Below the pieces are notes generated by a model that had not been told where the DNA came from, searched no databases, and saw nothing but the letters and a program-made list of their open reading frames with translations. The translations under genes and the position numbers were made by a program. This document shows positions 31,141 to 43,642 of a DNA stretch of 64,000 nucleotides, one piece after another. Location: NCBI GenBank assembly GCA_963778655.1, contig CAVZVA010000009.1:736001-800000 (forward strand). The letters are read 5' to 3'. The stretch's first letter is position 1. Each line of letters starts with the position of its first letter. The DNA comes from an uncultured delta proteobacterium (GTDB lineage Bacteria > Myxococcota_A > Polyangia > Polyangiales > JAFGIB01).

Positions 31141-31317
31141 GGATCCGAGCACAAATAACCTGCTCGGTTGCGGCTCGTGGGCGGGCGCGCTCGCGGCTTT
31201 TGTCCTCGGAGAAATCCTCGAAATGCACCGAGTATTCCTGTGGTCTTTCTGCGGGCGCGCTCGCGATCGCACTCCGCCGACAAGCCAGCCCTGATCGGGT
31301 TATTTGTGCTTGGGTCC
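31141..31317. mobile_element. MITE with TAA target duplication at the rpoD stop codon
   Basis: TIRs GGATCCGAGCACAAATAACC / GGTTATTTGTGCTTGGGTCC; TAA at 31138-31140 and 31318-31320. Confidence 0.8.
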
Positions 31318-31390
31318 TAAGCGCGCTTTCGGGAGTTAACCGGGAGCCGTCCTCCGTCCGCCCCCGATCACAGGAAGCCGGCGAGTCCCT

Positions 31391-31920
31391 GCCGGTGGGG
31401 CGGGGAGGGCGCGTGCCCGAGGGACGAGGCTGGCGAGGATGCGCGAGCGGAACGCGAGCCGCGCGGAGGGGTGGGGCCCCAACGGCTTAGCCGGTGGGGC
31501 GGGGAGGGCGCGTGCCCGAGGGACGAGGCTGGCGAGGATGCGCGAGCGGAACGCGAGCCGCGCGGAGGGGTGGGGCCCCAACGGCTTAGCCGGTGGGGCG
31601 GGGAGGGCGCGTGCCCGAGGGACGAGGCTGGCGAGGATGCGCGAGCGGAACGCGAGCCGCGCGGAGGGGTGGGGCCCCAACGGCTTAGCCGGTGGGGCGG
31701 GGAGGGCGCGTGCCCGAGGGACGAGGCTGGCGAGGATGCGCGAGCGGAACGCGAGCCGCGCGGAGGGGTGGGGCCCCAACGGCTTAGCCGGTGGGGCGGG
31801 GAGGGCGCGTGCCCGAGGGACGAGGCTGGCGAGGATGCGCGAGCGGAACGCGAGCCGCGCGGAGGGGTGGGGCCCCAACGGCTTAGCCGGTGGGGCGGGG
31901 AGGGCGCGTGCCCTCCCCGA
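31391..31920. repeat. G-rich double-hairpin tandem array 2 (five 99-bp units plus a partial sixth)
   Basis: Units start at 31391, 31490, 31589, 31688, 31787, 31886; core shared with array 1. Confidence 0.95.
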
Positions 31921-31928
31921 TATGAGAG

Positions 31929-32002
31929 TGGGCCCACCTGGGCTCGAACCAGGAACGACCCCGTTATGAGCGGGGGACTCTGACCAATTGAGCTATGGGC
32001 CC
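31929..32002 (-). tRNA. tRNA-Ile2 (anticodon CAT, lysidine type)
   Basis: GGGCCCATAGCTCAATTGGTCAGAGTCCCCCGCTCATAACGGGGTCGTTCCTGGTTCGAGCCCAGGTGGGCCCA forms a cloverleaf with loop CTCATAA; CCA not encoded. Ile2 rather than Met inferred from the acceptor stem and position after rpoD. Confidence 0.9.
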
Positions 32003-32235
32003 GCGGAGCGTTGGTTTCGTCGCCGATTCCCCGCCGACACAGGATAGCAAAGGCCCGCGCGCGCGGTAGCTGCGTCGGGTTTCGACGCGGTGGTCCCGCC
32101 GCACGCCTGGTCGGGCTTGCGCAGCAGCCGTTTGCAGGGTAGAGCGGCGCGCAGAAGAGCGCCTGCGCGACCACGGCCGGCCGACGCATCCTCGGTCGCG
32201 GCGCGCCAGCCCGGCTCGACAGGAGGCAGAACAAC

Positions 32236-32982
32236 GTGCTCGAGCAGCTAGCTGCACTGGCCAAGATCGCGGAAATCGACGCAGAGGCGTTGCGAACCGA
32301 GACCGAGCTCAAAGAGATACCGGAGCGCACCGCTGAGCTCGACAACGACGTCCGGCGCCTGGGGGAGTTGCTGGCCGCCGAGCGCAACGAGCTGCAGGAA
32401 GCCGACGGGCTGCTCGCGGCCCAGGAGGAGGAGCTGCAGAATCAGACGCAGGCGCTGGCCCGCTCCAAGGCAAAATCGGCTCGAGCGCGCAACATGCGCG
32501 AGGCCGATGCGGTCGAGCGCGAGCTGGAAGTCATCCGGCGTTCGATGAAGGACCGCGAGGAAGAGCGCCAGACCCTGCGTGCGGCGATCGAGAAGCGCCG
32601 CGGCTCGATGGACAAGCATGGCAAGGAGCTGGCCGAGCTGCAGAGCTTCGCCGACGCGGAAAAGGCCAAGGCCGAGGCGCGGATGAAGGAGCTGGGCGCG
32701 GTCCGCGATCAGGTCATGGCGGGCCGCCGCGAGCTGGCGGCCAAGCTTCCGGCCGATGTGCTCAGGCGCTACGAGATGATCCGCGAGAAGCGCTCGGCGG
32801 GGGCAGTCCCGATCCGCAACGGCATCTGCGGCGGCTGCAACACCTCGCTGCGACCCAACCAGAATGTGGCCGTTTTGCGCGGCGACACCTTCGAGCAGTG
32901 CCCGCGCTGCCAGCGCCTGCTGTTCTCGCCCGAGACGATCAAGGGCTACGAGGACGCCAAAGCCGCGGTGCAGGACCAGTAG
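32236..32982 (+). CDS. Coiled-coil protein with C4 zinc ribbon (DUF164-like)
   Basis: Long coiled coil then CGGC...CPRCQRLL; AGGAGG RBS. Confidence 0.88.
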   Translation: MLEQLAALAKIAEIDAEALRTETELKEIPERTAELDNDVRRLGELLAAERNELQEADGLLAAQEEELQNQTQALARSKAKSARARNMREADAVERELEVIRRSMKDREEERQTLRAAIEKRRGSMDKHGKELAELQSFADAEKAKAEARMKELGAVRDQVMAGRRELAAKLPADVLRRYEMIREKRSAGAVPIRNGICGGCNTSLRPNQNVAVLRGDTFEQCPRCQRLLFSPETIKGYEDAKAAVQDQ

Positions 32983-33020
32983 CGCGGACCACGCTCGCGA
33001 GCGCGCGTGCTCCCCAACCC

Positions 33021-33196
33021 CTAGAGCACCGAACATCTGGACCTGTGATCCCTTACCTATCTCGAGACGCCCTCGCCGCCGCTCGCGGCGTTGCGCGACC
33101 TTGAAATACCACGCAGTATTCCTGTGATCGCGCGCCTTGCGAGCAAGGCCGAGCTCGCGCCGATACAGGCAAGAAATCACCGAGTCAGGGGACTAG
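33021..33196. mobile_element. Degenerate or chimeric MITE-like element bounded by CTAG
   Basis: Left end CTAGAGCACCGAACA matches the 10500 element; internal GAAATAC...AGTATTCCTGTG matches the 31141 element; right CTAG overlaps the ilvE stop. Confidence 0.65.
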
Positions 33197-34113
33197 ACCA
33201 TCGTCAGCCACTGGGGGTGCAGCAACTCGGGGCCCCGCACCACCTGAAAGAAGCGGTCCTGCAGGCGCTTGGTCAGCGCTCCGCGCGTGCCGCCGCCCAC
33301 CTTGCGCTCGTCGACCTCGCGCACCGGTGTCAGCTCCGCCGCGGTGCCGGTGAAGAAGACCTCGTCGGCCGTGTACAACTCGTCGCGCGACACCGGGCGC
33401 TCGCTGGCGTCGATTCCCAGCTCGCGGCACAGCGTCAGCACGGTGTCGCGGGTAATGCCGCCCAGGATGGAGCCTCCCAGCGAAGGGGTGACCACCTTGC
33501 CGCGCTTGATCAGGAACACGTTTTCGCCCGAGGCCTCCGCCACGTAGCCCTGCGGATCGAGCATGATCGCTTCGTCGTAGCCGGCCGCGACCACCTCGCG
33601 CTTCGCCAGCGTCGAGTTGACGTAGTTGCCCACGATCTTGGCCTTGGTCATGGCGGTGTTCACGCCCGGCCGGCTGAACGAGCTGACCTTGGCGCGAATG
33701 CCTTTTTCGAGACCCTCGTCGCCGAGGTAGGCACCCCAGCGCCAGACGGCGATGCAGAGCTGGACCGGATTGTCGCGACCGTAAAGGCCCATCGCGCCCT
33801 GGCCCAGGTAGGCGAGCGGCCGGATGTAGCACTCGTCGAGCTTGTTGACCCGAATGGTCTCGAGGCAGGCGTCGGTGACCTGCTCGGGGCTGAAGCGCAG
33901 GGGCATGTCCGCCACCCGGGCGGAGTCGAACAGCCGCTCCACGTGTTCCTGCAGCCGGAACACGGCGCTGCGGCCGTCGCTGCGCCGATAGCAGCGGATG
34001 CCTTCGAACACCCCGAGCCCGTAGTGCAGGGTGTGGGTGAGCACGTGCACTTTGGCCTCGTCCCAGGAGACCAGCGCGCCGTCCATCCAGATCTTCTCAA
34101 CCTTGTCGACCAT
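33193..34113 (-). CDS. ilvE: Branched-chain amino acid aminotransferase
   Basis: HTLHYGLGVFEGIR, AKIVGNY, EASGENVF, ILGGITR, FFTGTAAE. Confidence 0.95.
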   Translation of the reverse strand: MVDKVEKIWMDGALVSWDEAKVHVLTHTLHYGLGVFEGIRCYRRSDGRSAVFRLQEHVERLFDSARVADMPLRFSPEQVTDACLETIRVNKLDECYIRPLAYLGQGAMGLYGRDNPVQLCIAVWRWGAYLGDEGLEKGIRAKVSSFSRPGVNTAMTKAKIVGNYVNSTLAKREVVAAGYDEAIMLDPQGYVAEASGENVFLIKRGKVVTPSLGGSILGGITRDTVLTLCRELGIDASERPVSRDELYTADEVFFTGTAAELTPVREVDERKVGGGTRGALTKRLQDRFFQVVRGPELLHPQWLTMV

Positions 34114-34395
34114 CGCCTACCTGCTCGGGCCTATAGTGGCACGCATAGCACAATTGGCGTGCCGGTCCGATTCTACCCCATCCCCGCGCCGCGCCGCATC
34201 CCGCTGCCGCGCATGCCAACCGCGCGAATTCATGGGACTCGTTCCTTTCGCGCCGGCGGCACCCGAGGTTGACGGCCGCAGGGCCATGGAGTAGAACCCG
34301 CGCGCACTTTCCTGTGGTTCTCCGCGCTTGCGGCCGACGGCGGTGGCCGCAGGGTATGCCAGCCGCGAGCAGCTTGCGGCAGTGCGAGGTTTAGC

Positions 34396-34782
34396 GTGCC
34401 CTTGCTGCTGACAGAGTCTTGGTGGTCGATGCAACCGGAGCCGTCCAAGAGCTCCAGCCAAGCGCCGGCTAGCGGCTCGCATAGCGCCTCGCCGCCTTCG
34501 GGCCTGGCCGCGGCGCAGCCGCTGCTGTTCCTGGTCGTGATGTTCGGCGTCTTCTACTTCCTGCTGATCCGCCCGCAGCAGAAGCGCCAGCGCGAGACCG
34601 ATTCGATGTTGAAGGCGCTGCGCAAGGGCGACAAGGTCCGGACCAGCGGAGGCCTTCGCGGTGAGGTGGTCGATCTGACCGACGCCGAGGTGACGCTGCT
34701 CATCGCCGACAAGGTCAAGGTCAACGTTCTGCGCTCGCACGTCGCCTCGCGCATCACTTCGGACGCCAAGGAGAAGGCGTAG
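34396..34782 (+). CDS. yajC: Preprotein translocase subunit YajC
   Basis: FYFLLIRPQQKR, LRKGDKVRTSGGLRG. Confidence 0.92.
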   Translation: MPLLLTESWWSMQPEPSKSSSQAPASGSHSASPPSGLAAAQPLLFLVVMFGVFYFLLIRPQQKRQRETDSMLKALRKGDKVRTSGGLRGEVVDLTDAEVTLLIADKVKVNVLRSHVASRITSDAKEKA

Positions 34783-34818
34783 CGGCCGCGGAGTCGCCGT
34801 GCCGCTCGCCCCCACGCC

Positions 34819-36649
34819 ATGCAGAGAGGTTGGTACCTTCGCTTACTGCTGATGCTCTCCGTCACGGTCGCGGCCTGGACCGTGCTCTGGCCGAGCCTGG
34901 GCTCGTGGCTGCCGTCGCCGGCATTCGTGCGCAAGATCGTGAGCGGGCGCATCAGCCCGGGGCTCGACATCCGCGGCGGCCTGCGGCTCACCTACGACGT
35001 CGACATCGGCGAGGCCGTGCGCGACCGCCGCGATCTGCGCGCCGACGAGATCACGCGTGAGCTCGGCGAGCGCTTGGGCCTGATCCAGAAGGGCCAGACG
35101 CCCACCCGCGAGCAGTTCGCCAAGGTCAAGGAGAAGGTCAGCGTCAAGCCCGAGGGGGACCGCCGTATCCGCTTCAGCTTCAAGAGCGCTGCCGACGCCA
35201 AGAAGCTCGATCACGAGCTGGTCGGCCACTACGGTGACCTGCGCGAGGTCTCGGGCGACGACGAGCACGCGGTGCTCGAGGTCAGGACCGACTTCCTGGA
35301 GCAGATCCAGGATACCGCCGTGCAGCAGGCGCGTGAGACGATCGAAAACCGCGTCGACGGTCTCGGCCTGCGCGAGGCCTCCGTCACCGCCCAGAACACC
35401 GACATCATCGTCGAGGTACCGGGCGCCAACCAGGCGGTCTTCGATCGCATCCGCCAGATCATCAGCAAGACGGCGCGCCTGGAGTTTCTGATCGTCGACG
35501 ACGACGCGAGCTTCGTCGCGGACCTCAAGGATTCTGCCTGAAGGGATCACCAAGCACACCGAGGTGGTGTCGGCCGGCGTGAGCAAGCCGCAGGTGCAGT
35601 CGACCTACCTGGTGGCGCGCGGCAAGGACGCCCGCAAGCGCTTGCAGGACTACATCGACAAGCTCAAGAAGGCCGGGACCATTCCCGAGGACCACACGCT
35701 GGCCGTCGGCGAGCTGGACCGCGCCGACGCGCAGAGCCCGGGCAAGAGCTCGGAGCCGGCCTGGCGCACGTATTACATGTTCGGGCGCGCCGAGGTCACC
35801 GGGCAGGCGATCGAGGACGCGTTCGTCGCCACCGACCCGCAGACCAACAAGCCCTACGTCTCGCTCAACTTCAACCGCGACGGCGCCGACGTGTTCGAGG
35901 AGCTCACCGGGCGCAACGTCAAGCGCCGCATGGCGATCGTGCTCGACGATCGCGTGGCCTCGGCGCCGGTGATTCAGACCAAGATCGGCGGCGGCCGCTG
36001 CCAGATCACGTTGGGGGGATTCCGCCCCTACAACGAGGTGCTCAACGAGGCCAAGGATCTGGTGATCGTGCTCAAGGCCGGCGCGCTGCCGGTTCCGATC
36101 CGGCCCTCGAACGAGCAGATGATCGGTCCCACGCTGGGTCGCGACGGCGTCGAGCAGGGCGTCAAGGGCGGGCTCATCAGCATCGTCATCGTGCTGCTGT
36201 TCATGGCCATGTACTACGAGGTCGGCGGGGTGATCGCGGACGTGATGGTGCTGCTGCACATCATGCTCCTGCTCGCCTCGCAGGCCTTCTTCGAGGCCTC
36301 GCTGACGCTGCCGGGGCTGGTGGCGATCGCGCTCAACACCGGCATGTGCGTCGACGCCAACGTGCTGGTCAACGAGCGCATCCGCGAGGAGCTGCGCAAC
36401 GGCAAGTCGCCGCGGGCGGCGGTCGAGCAGGGCTTCTCGCGCGCGTTCTCCTCCATCTTCGACTCGCAGATCACCACGCTGATCGCGGGCGTGGTGCTGC
36501 TGCAGTACGGAACCGGGCCGATCAAGGGCTTCGCCGTGACGCTGATTCTCGGCATATGCACCTCGTTGTTCACCGGCGTGTTCTGCTCGCGCGTGGCGTT
36601 CGACTGGATTGTGCGTGGCCTGCGCGTGCAAAACCTGAGGGTCGGGTAA
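34819..36649 (+). CDS. secD: Protein translocase subunit SecD, split by a +1 frameshift at 35532-35533 (probable sequencing error)
   Basis: PGLDIRGG, RVDGLGLRE, IGPTLG, LTLPG, GMCVDANVLVNERIREE, GPIKGFA. Deleting one T joins both ORFs as KDLPEGITKH. Confidence 0.92.
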
Positions 36650-36653
36650 GGCG

Positions 36654-37784
36654 ATGGAGTTCTTCAAGCCCGGTGTCACCTACGATTTCTTTCGCTACCG
36701 CTGGCCCTTCATCCTCACCTCGATCGGTCTGTGCTCGCTGAGCCTGATCTCGCTGATCTGGCCGGGGCCGAAGTTCGGGATCGATTTCAAGGGCGGCACC
36801 GAGGTCGAGCTCCAGCTCAAGGGCAACACCTCGCCGTCCGACCTCCGGCGCGCGGTGATCGAGCTGGGCTTCGGCCATCCCGACGTGATCGCGGTGCAAG
36901 GGGGGGTCAAGAACCACTACATCCTGCGCCTGGACCAGGTCTCATCGCTGTCGACCAAGCAGGTCGACAACGCGCGCAAGGCGCTCGACCAGGGTCTGGG
37001 AGAGGCCAAGGTGGTCGAGATGCAGGCCTCGCCCGGCGGCGACAAGCTCTCGCTGCAGCTCTCGGCGTCGGCCCAAACCGACGCCATCCAGCAGGCGCTG
37101 GCGGGCTCGGGGCTGAAGGTGCGCGAGGTGGTGGTATTCGGCAATGCGCGCGACTTCCGCTACGAGGCGCAGCTGGTGGGCATCGGAGACAAGCTGGTCC
37201 GCGGGCTCCAGGAGAAGCTGGGCGCCAAGGCACCCGAGCGGCCCCTGCGCGTCGAGTGGGTCGGCCCCAAGGCCGGCCAGCAGCTGCGCGATGCGGCGCT
37301 CAAGGCGATCATGTACGCGATGGCGTGCATCGTGGTCTATGTGGCGTTTCGCTTCGACCTGCGTTTCGCGCCCGGCGGCGTGATCGCGCTGCTGCACGAC
37401 GCCTTGATCACGCTGGGCGTGTACGTGGTGCTGCAGAAGGAAGTCACCTTGGGCACGATCGCCGCCGTGCTGACCGTGATCGGCTACTCGATCAACGACA
37501 CGATTGTGGTCTACGACCGCATCCGCGAGAACATGCAGCGGATGCGCAACGCCACCCTGGCGCACCTGATCAACGTCAGTACCTCGCAGACGCTAGGCCG
37601 CACGGTGATCACCTCGGCCATGGCGCTGGTCTCGGTGCTCGGCTTCTTCATCTGGGGCACGCCGCTGATCCGCGACATCGTGTTCGCGCTGAGCATCGGC
37701 TTCGTGGTCGGCACCTACTCCTCGATCTACATCGCCGCGCCGCTGACGGAGTGGATGGACCGCCGCCTCTTCCGCAGGGGGTAG
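36654..37784 (+). CDS. secF: Protein translocase subunit SecF
   Basis: GIDFKGG, VGPKAG, GYSINDTIVVYDRIRE, GTYSSIYIA. Confidence 0.95.
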   Translation: MEFFKPGVTYDFFRYRWPFILTSIGLCSLSLISLIWPGPKFGIDFKGGTEVELQLKGNTSPSDLRRAVIELGFGHPDVIAVQGGVKNHYILRLDQVSSLSTKQVDNARKALDQGLGEAKVVEMQASPGGDKLSLQLSASAQTDAIQQALAGSGLKVREVVVFGNARDFRYEAQLVGIGDKLVRGLQEKLGAKAPERPLRVEWVGPKAGQQLRDAALKAIMYAMACIVVYVAFRFDLRFAPGGVIALLHDALITLGVYVVLQKEVTLGTIAAVLTVIGYSINDTIVVYDRIRENMQRMRNATLAHLINVSTSQTLGRTVITSAMALVSVLGFFIWGTPLIRDIVFALSIGFVVGTYSSIYIAAPLTEWMDRRLFRRG

Positions 37785-37795
37785 CTCCCGAGAAG

Positions 37796-37902
37796 GCAAC
37801 AGCAAGCTGGGAAGGCGGGAAGATCTGAGGATCGACGCCGATCGGCTCGGTCTGCTCGCGGCCAACATGGCTTTCCTCCTGTCTTCCCGTCTCCCTGTGA
37901 TC
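37796..37902. repeat. REP-like GGGAAGGCGGGAAG / CTTCCCGTCTCCCTGTG element
   Basis: Inverted arms just after the secF stop. Confidence 0.6.
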
Positions 37903-37981
37903 AGGAAGGCGTGTAGGCGTGCTTGCGCGCTCGCGCCGGCGCGGCCGACTCGTGTAGGCTGCGCGGCATGAGGCCGCCGCG

Positions 37982-39664
37982 ATGATGCGCCTCGAGCTTC
38001 GCGAGCCGGACCCGCAGGCCGCCGCCGCGCTCGGACAGGCGACCGGGCTGTGCCCGGCGGTGGCGCAGATCCTGCTGCACCGGGGACTGCACGAGCCGCA
38101 GGCCGCACGCGCGTTTCTCGCTCCCCGGCTGTCCGAGCTCAGCCCGCCCGGGGCGATGGCCGATCGCGCCGCGGCCGCGGAACGGCTCGCGCTGGCGGTG
38201 CGCCGGGGCGAGTCGATCGCGGTGTTCGGCGACTACGATGTCGACGGCACCACCAGCGCGGCGATCACCGCCGGCATTCTCGAGCAGCTCGGCGGGCGCG
38301 TGCGGGTCTGGCTCGCGAACCGCTTCGAGGGCGGCTATGGCCTGAGCGAGCCGGCGCTGGCGCGCATCCTCGACGCGCGTCCGGCCGTGCTGGTGACCTG
38401 CGACTGCGGCTCGAGCGACCACCCGCGCATCGCCCGCGCGCGCGAGCTCGGCATCGACGTGATCGTGGTCGATCACCACCTGGTGCCGGAGCAGCCGCTG
38501 CCGGCGCTGGCGTTTCTCAATCCGCACCGGCCCGACTGCGGCTTTCCGTACAAGGGGCTGTGCAGCGCCGGGCTGGCGCTCTCGCTCGGGGCCGAGGTGC
38601 GCGCCCGGCTCGACGCCCAGCTCGACCTGCGCGCGTGGCTCGACCTGGTCGCGCTCGGGACGATCGCCGACGTGGCTCCGCTCGACGGCGACAACCGGCG
38701 CCTGGTCCGCGCAGGGCTCGCGCTGCTGGCCTCGCCGGCAGCGCGTCCGGGCGTGGTCGCGCTGCGCGAGCTGGCCAGGATCAAGGCGGGGGCGAGCCTG
38801 TGCGCGAGCGACGTCGCGTTTCGCATGACGCCGCGCCTCAACGCCGCCGGTCGTCTGGGCGATCCGGGGCTCACGCTGTCGCTGCTGCAAGCGCGCAGCC
38901 TGCCCGAGGCGCGCGCGCTCGCGGCGCGCATCGAGCAGCACAACGACCGGCGCAAGGCGATCGAGACCGAGGTGACGGAGGCGGCCTGCGCGCAGGTGTT
39001 GGAGCGCTACGGATCTGCGCCGGGCTGTGCCGTGGTGGTGGCGGCGGAGGGCTGGCATCGCGGCGTGATCGGCATCACCGCGGCGCGCTTGTGCGAGCGC
39101 TTCGGTGTGCCGGCGCTGGTGATCGCGCTCGACGGGCCGATCGGCCACGGCAGCGCGCGCGCGCCCGAGGGCTGCGCGCTGTTCGACGCGATCGCCGCCT
39201 GCGCGCCGCTGCTCGAGCGCTTCGGCGGACACCAGGCGGCCAGTGGGCTGACCGTGCGTGCCGACCGCGTCGACGCGCTGCGCGGCGCGTTGCAGGCTGG
39301 CACCGCCGGCTGGGTGCAGGCTGCGGGAGGCGTGGCCCCAGCCCGCGTCGACGTGGTGGTCGCTCCCGGGGGCTATGCGCTGCCGCCGGCCTCGGATCTG
39401 GCACGCCTGGAACCCTTGGGGGAAGGCAACGCCGAGCCGGTCTTCTTGCTGCAGGAAGCCCGGGTCGAGCGCGCGGCCACGGTTGGGCGCGGGCACCTCA
39501 AGCTCGCGCTCGCGCTGGGCGAGCGGCGGCTGTCGGCGTTCGGCCTGGAGATGGGTCCGCGCGCTCCGGAGCCCGGGCGCTCCATCACTGCGCTGGGCGC
39601 GCTGCGGCCCGACAACTGGGCCGGCGGCGAGCGCGTCGAGCTACGCCTGCTCGACTTCGAGTAG
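37982..39664 (+). CDS. recJ: ssDNA exonuclease RecJ
   Basis: GDYDVDG, DCG, DHH, LGTIADV, PRLNAAGR, FGGH. Confidence 0.95.
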   Translation: MMRLELREPDPQAAAALGQATGLCPAVAQILLHRGLHEPQAARAFLAPRLSELSPPGAMADRAAAAERLALAVRRGESIAVFGDYDVDGTTSAAITAGILEQLGGRVRVWLANRFEGGYGLSEPALARILDARPAVLVTCDCGSSDHPRIARARELGIDVIVVDHHLVPEQPLPALAFLNPHRPDCGFPYKGLCSAGLALSLGAEVRARLDAQLDLRAWLDLVALGTIADVAPLDGDNRRLVRAGLALLASPAARPGVVALRELARIKAGASLCASDVAFRMTPRLNAAGRLGDPGLTLSLLQARSLPEARALAARIEQHNDRRKAIETEVTEAACAQVLERYGSAPGCAVVVAAEGWHRGVIGITAARLCERFGVPALVIALDGPIGHGSARAPEGCALFDAIAACAPLLERFGGHQAASGLTVRADRVDALRGALQAGTAGWVQAAGGVAPARVDVVVAPGGYALPPASDLARLEPLGEGNAEPVFLLQEARVERAATVGRGHLKLALALGERRLSAFGLEMGPRAPEPGRSITALGALRPDNWAGGERVELRLLDFE

Positions 39665-39779
39665 GGGGAGGGGGGGCGGTCGCTGCAGGCCTCTCGCGCC
39701 CGTGTTCCAGGCGCGCTAGACTGCGCCCGGCGCTCTGGCCGAGGCGTCGCGGCCCGTTCGTTCGGAGGATCAAGACGAC

Positions 39780-40409
39780 ATGAATGCACCCCGATCCAAT
39801 CCTCGCCCGCGTTCGCTCGGCGTCTGGGGCTCGGCGCTGGTGGCCGCGCTGCTGGCTGCGAGCTCGCTTTGCGCACCGAGCCATGTGCTGGCCCAGTCGA
39901 GCAGCAGCGCAACGACCACGACCCACCCGATCAAGGCCGACTTCAAGGGCGCGACCGGCCTGGGCCTGATCGGCATGGAGCTCGGCTTCGTGGTCCCGGC
40001 CGTGGCCGGGGCGCGTGGTGCCTGGCCCTACATCGTGTTCCCGATTGCGGGTGCCGGCGGCGGTGCCGCGGCGGGCTACTTCCTGCTCGAGAAGGGCAGC
40101 GGCCACCCCAAGCTTGCGGTTGCGTCCCTGGTGACCGGCATGGCGCTGTTGATCCCGTCGCTGGTGCTGACCCTGGCCGAGACCGCATACGAGCCGGACG
40201 AGGAAGCGCCCACCGCCAGCCTGCGCAGGCGGCTGGAGAGCGCGTCGGCCGCCGGACCCGGGCTGGTGCGCTGGTCCGAGAAGCAAGGGGTGTTCGTGGC
40301 GCCTCCCGGGATTGGCGTCGAGCCCGGGGTCTCGCCGCAAGAGGCGTTGCGCACCGGGGCCTCGAGCGAGCGCGTGCTGCACGCCTCCGTGCTCTCGGGT
40401 GTCTTCTGA
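39780..40409 (+). CDS. Hypothetical membrane protein with signal peptide
   Basis: Signal-like N-terminus and three Gly-rich hydrophobic segments; fills the recJ-tilS gap. Confidence 0.65.
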   Translation: MNAPRSNPRPRSLGVWGSALVAALLAASSLCAPSHVLAQSSSSATTTTHPIKADFKGATGLGLIGMELGFVVPAVAGARGAWPYIVFPIAGAGGGAAAGYFLLEKGSGHPKLAVASLVTGMALLIPSLVLTLAETAYEPDEEAPTASLRRRLESASAAGPGLVRWSEKQGVFVAPPGIGVEPGVSPQEALRTGASSERVLHASVLSGVF

Positions 40410-41382
40410 GCCCGAGCCCGGCGCGGGTGGCAACCCCGCGCTGATTCTCGCCCGCGTGCGGCGTACGATCCGCGAGCGCGGCTTGATCGACTCCGGCACG
40501 CGGGTGTTGGTGGGCTGCTCGGGCGGCCCGGACTCGGCCGCCCTGCTGCACGTAATGGCGCGGCTTGCGCCCGAGCTCGGCTTCGATCTGGAGGCGGCTT
40601 GCGTGGACCACGGCCTGCGCCGCGATGCGGCCGCGGAGGTGGAGATCGCGCGCGAGCAAGCCGCCCGGGCGGCGGTGCCATTTCATTCGCTGCGCGTCGA
40701 GGTGAGCGCCGCGGCCTCGCTGCAGGCCGCCGCGCGCGAGGCCCGCTACCGTGCGCTCTTGGCCCTGGCCGCCCGGCTGGGTGCCCGGCGCATCGCCGTG
40801 GGTCACACCCGTGACGACCAGGCCGAGACCGTGCTGATGCGGCTGCTGCGCGGCGCCGGTGTAGGTGGCCTGGCCGGGATCGAGCCGCTACGCAGCGACG
40901 GCGTGGTGCGACCGCTGCTCGACTGCCGGCGGGCCGACGTGGCGGCATTCGCGGCGCAGCATTGCGCGCGCATTGCGCGCGACCCGAGCAACCACGACCC
41001 GCGCTTCGAGCGCGTGCGGGTGCGGGCGGCATTGTTGCCCGCGCTGCTGCAGGAGGACCCCGCCGTGGTCGAGCACCTGGCCGACCTTGCGGACGACGCC
41101 CGCGGCGCGTCCGAGGCGCTCGTGGCCGAGGCCCGCTCGCTGCTCGGGAGCTCGAGTCAAGACGACGAGAGCATTGATGTTTCCGGCTGGACCCGGGCGC
41201 CGTCTGCGGTCCGGATGTGGGCATTGCGGTTGTGGCTGGCGCGCGCGACCGGCCGCGAGCCGGGCCGCAGCCAGCTCGAGGCGGCCGAGCGGGCGCGCGG
41301 CGCTGCCGCCGAGATCTGGCTCGCGGACGGATTCGTGCTGTGCAGCCGGGGCGACGGCCGGCTCGCGCTACAGCGGCGCTGA
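40399..41382 (+). CDS. tilS: tRNA(Ile)-lysidine synthase
   Basis: SGGPDS, VDHGLR, AREARY, GHTRDDQAET, RPLL, DPSN; GTG start inferred. Confidence 0.92.
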   Translation: MSSEPEPGAGGNPALILARVRRTIRERGLIDSGTRVLVGCSGGPDSAALLHVMARLAPELGFDLEAACVDHGLRRDAAAEVEIAREQAARAAVPFHSLRVEVSAAASLQAAAREARYRALLALAARLGARRIAVGHTRDDQAETVLMRLLRGAGVGGLAGIEPLRSDGVVRPLLDCRRADVAAFAAQHCARIARDPSNHDPRFERVRVRAALLPALLQEDPAVVEHLADLADDARGASEALVAEARSLLGSSSQDDESIDVSGWTRAPSAVRMWALRLWLARATGREPGRSQLEAAERARGAAAEIWLADGFVLCSRGDGRLALQRR

Positions 41383-41695
41383 GCCTTGCGCGTGGCACGC
41401 GCGTCCCGCTCCGAGCCTCTCGCGAGCGAGGCTCTGCGGCGCCGTTCGGGCGCTTCCAATGGTGACGGATTCCGAACGCCGCCCGCGCCCGAAGCCGCTA
41501 GCGCGCGCAGCGCGCGTGCAGGGTCGGGGCGCCGCGGCGGCGGCGGCGCGCGTCACGACGAACCCGCGGCTTGACCGGACCGGCATCGATGCAACAGTTA
41601 CGAAAACGCGAGAGTTTTCCTTGCATGGCACATGCCGCTATGCTTGAGGTTGGAGGCTGCATGCGAGCGATGATTCCCGGGACCGAGGTCGGCAC

Positions 41696-43621
<1,926 letters not shown>

Positions 43622-43642
43622 ACGGGTTCGCTGGGAGGGTTC

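Noticed and set aside
31929..32002. Integrative element at the tRNA
   Set aside because: No integrase and no duplicated tRNA 3' end; flanking genes are housekeeping.
32003..32235. RNase P RNA or another ncRNA near the zinc-ribbon gene
   Set aside because: No GAGGAAAGTCC-type signature or other recognisable motif.
31336..32387. ORFs with 33-aa repeats, or a CRISPR array
   Set aside because: Products of a 99-bp DNA repeat open in several frames; units are identical and the longest ORF crosses the tRNA.
34137..34152. Sigma54 promoter (TGGCACG)
   Set aside because: The GC of the -12 element is not at the required spacing.
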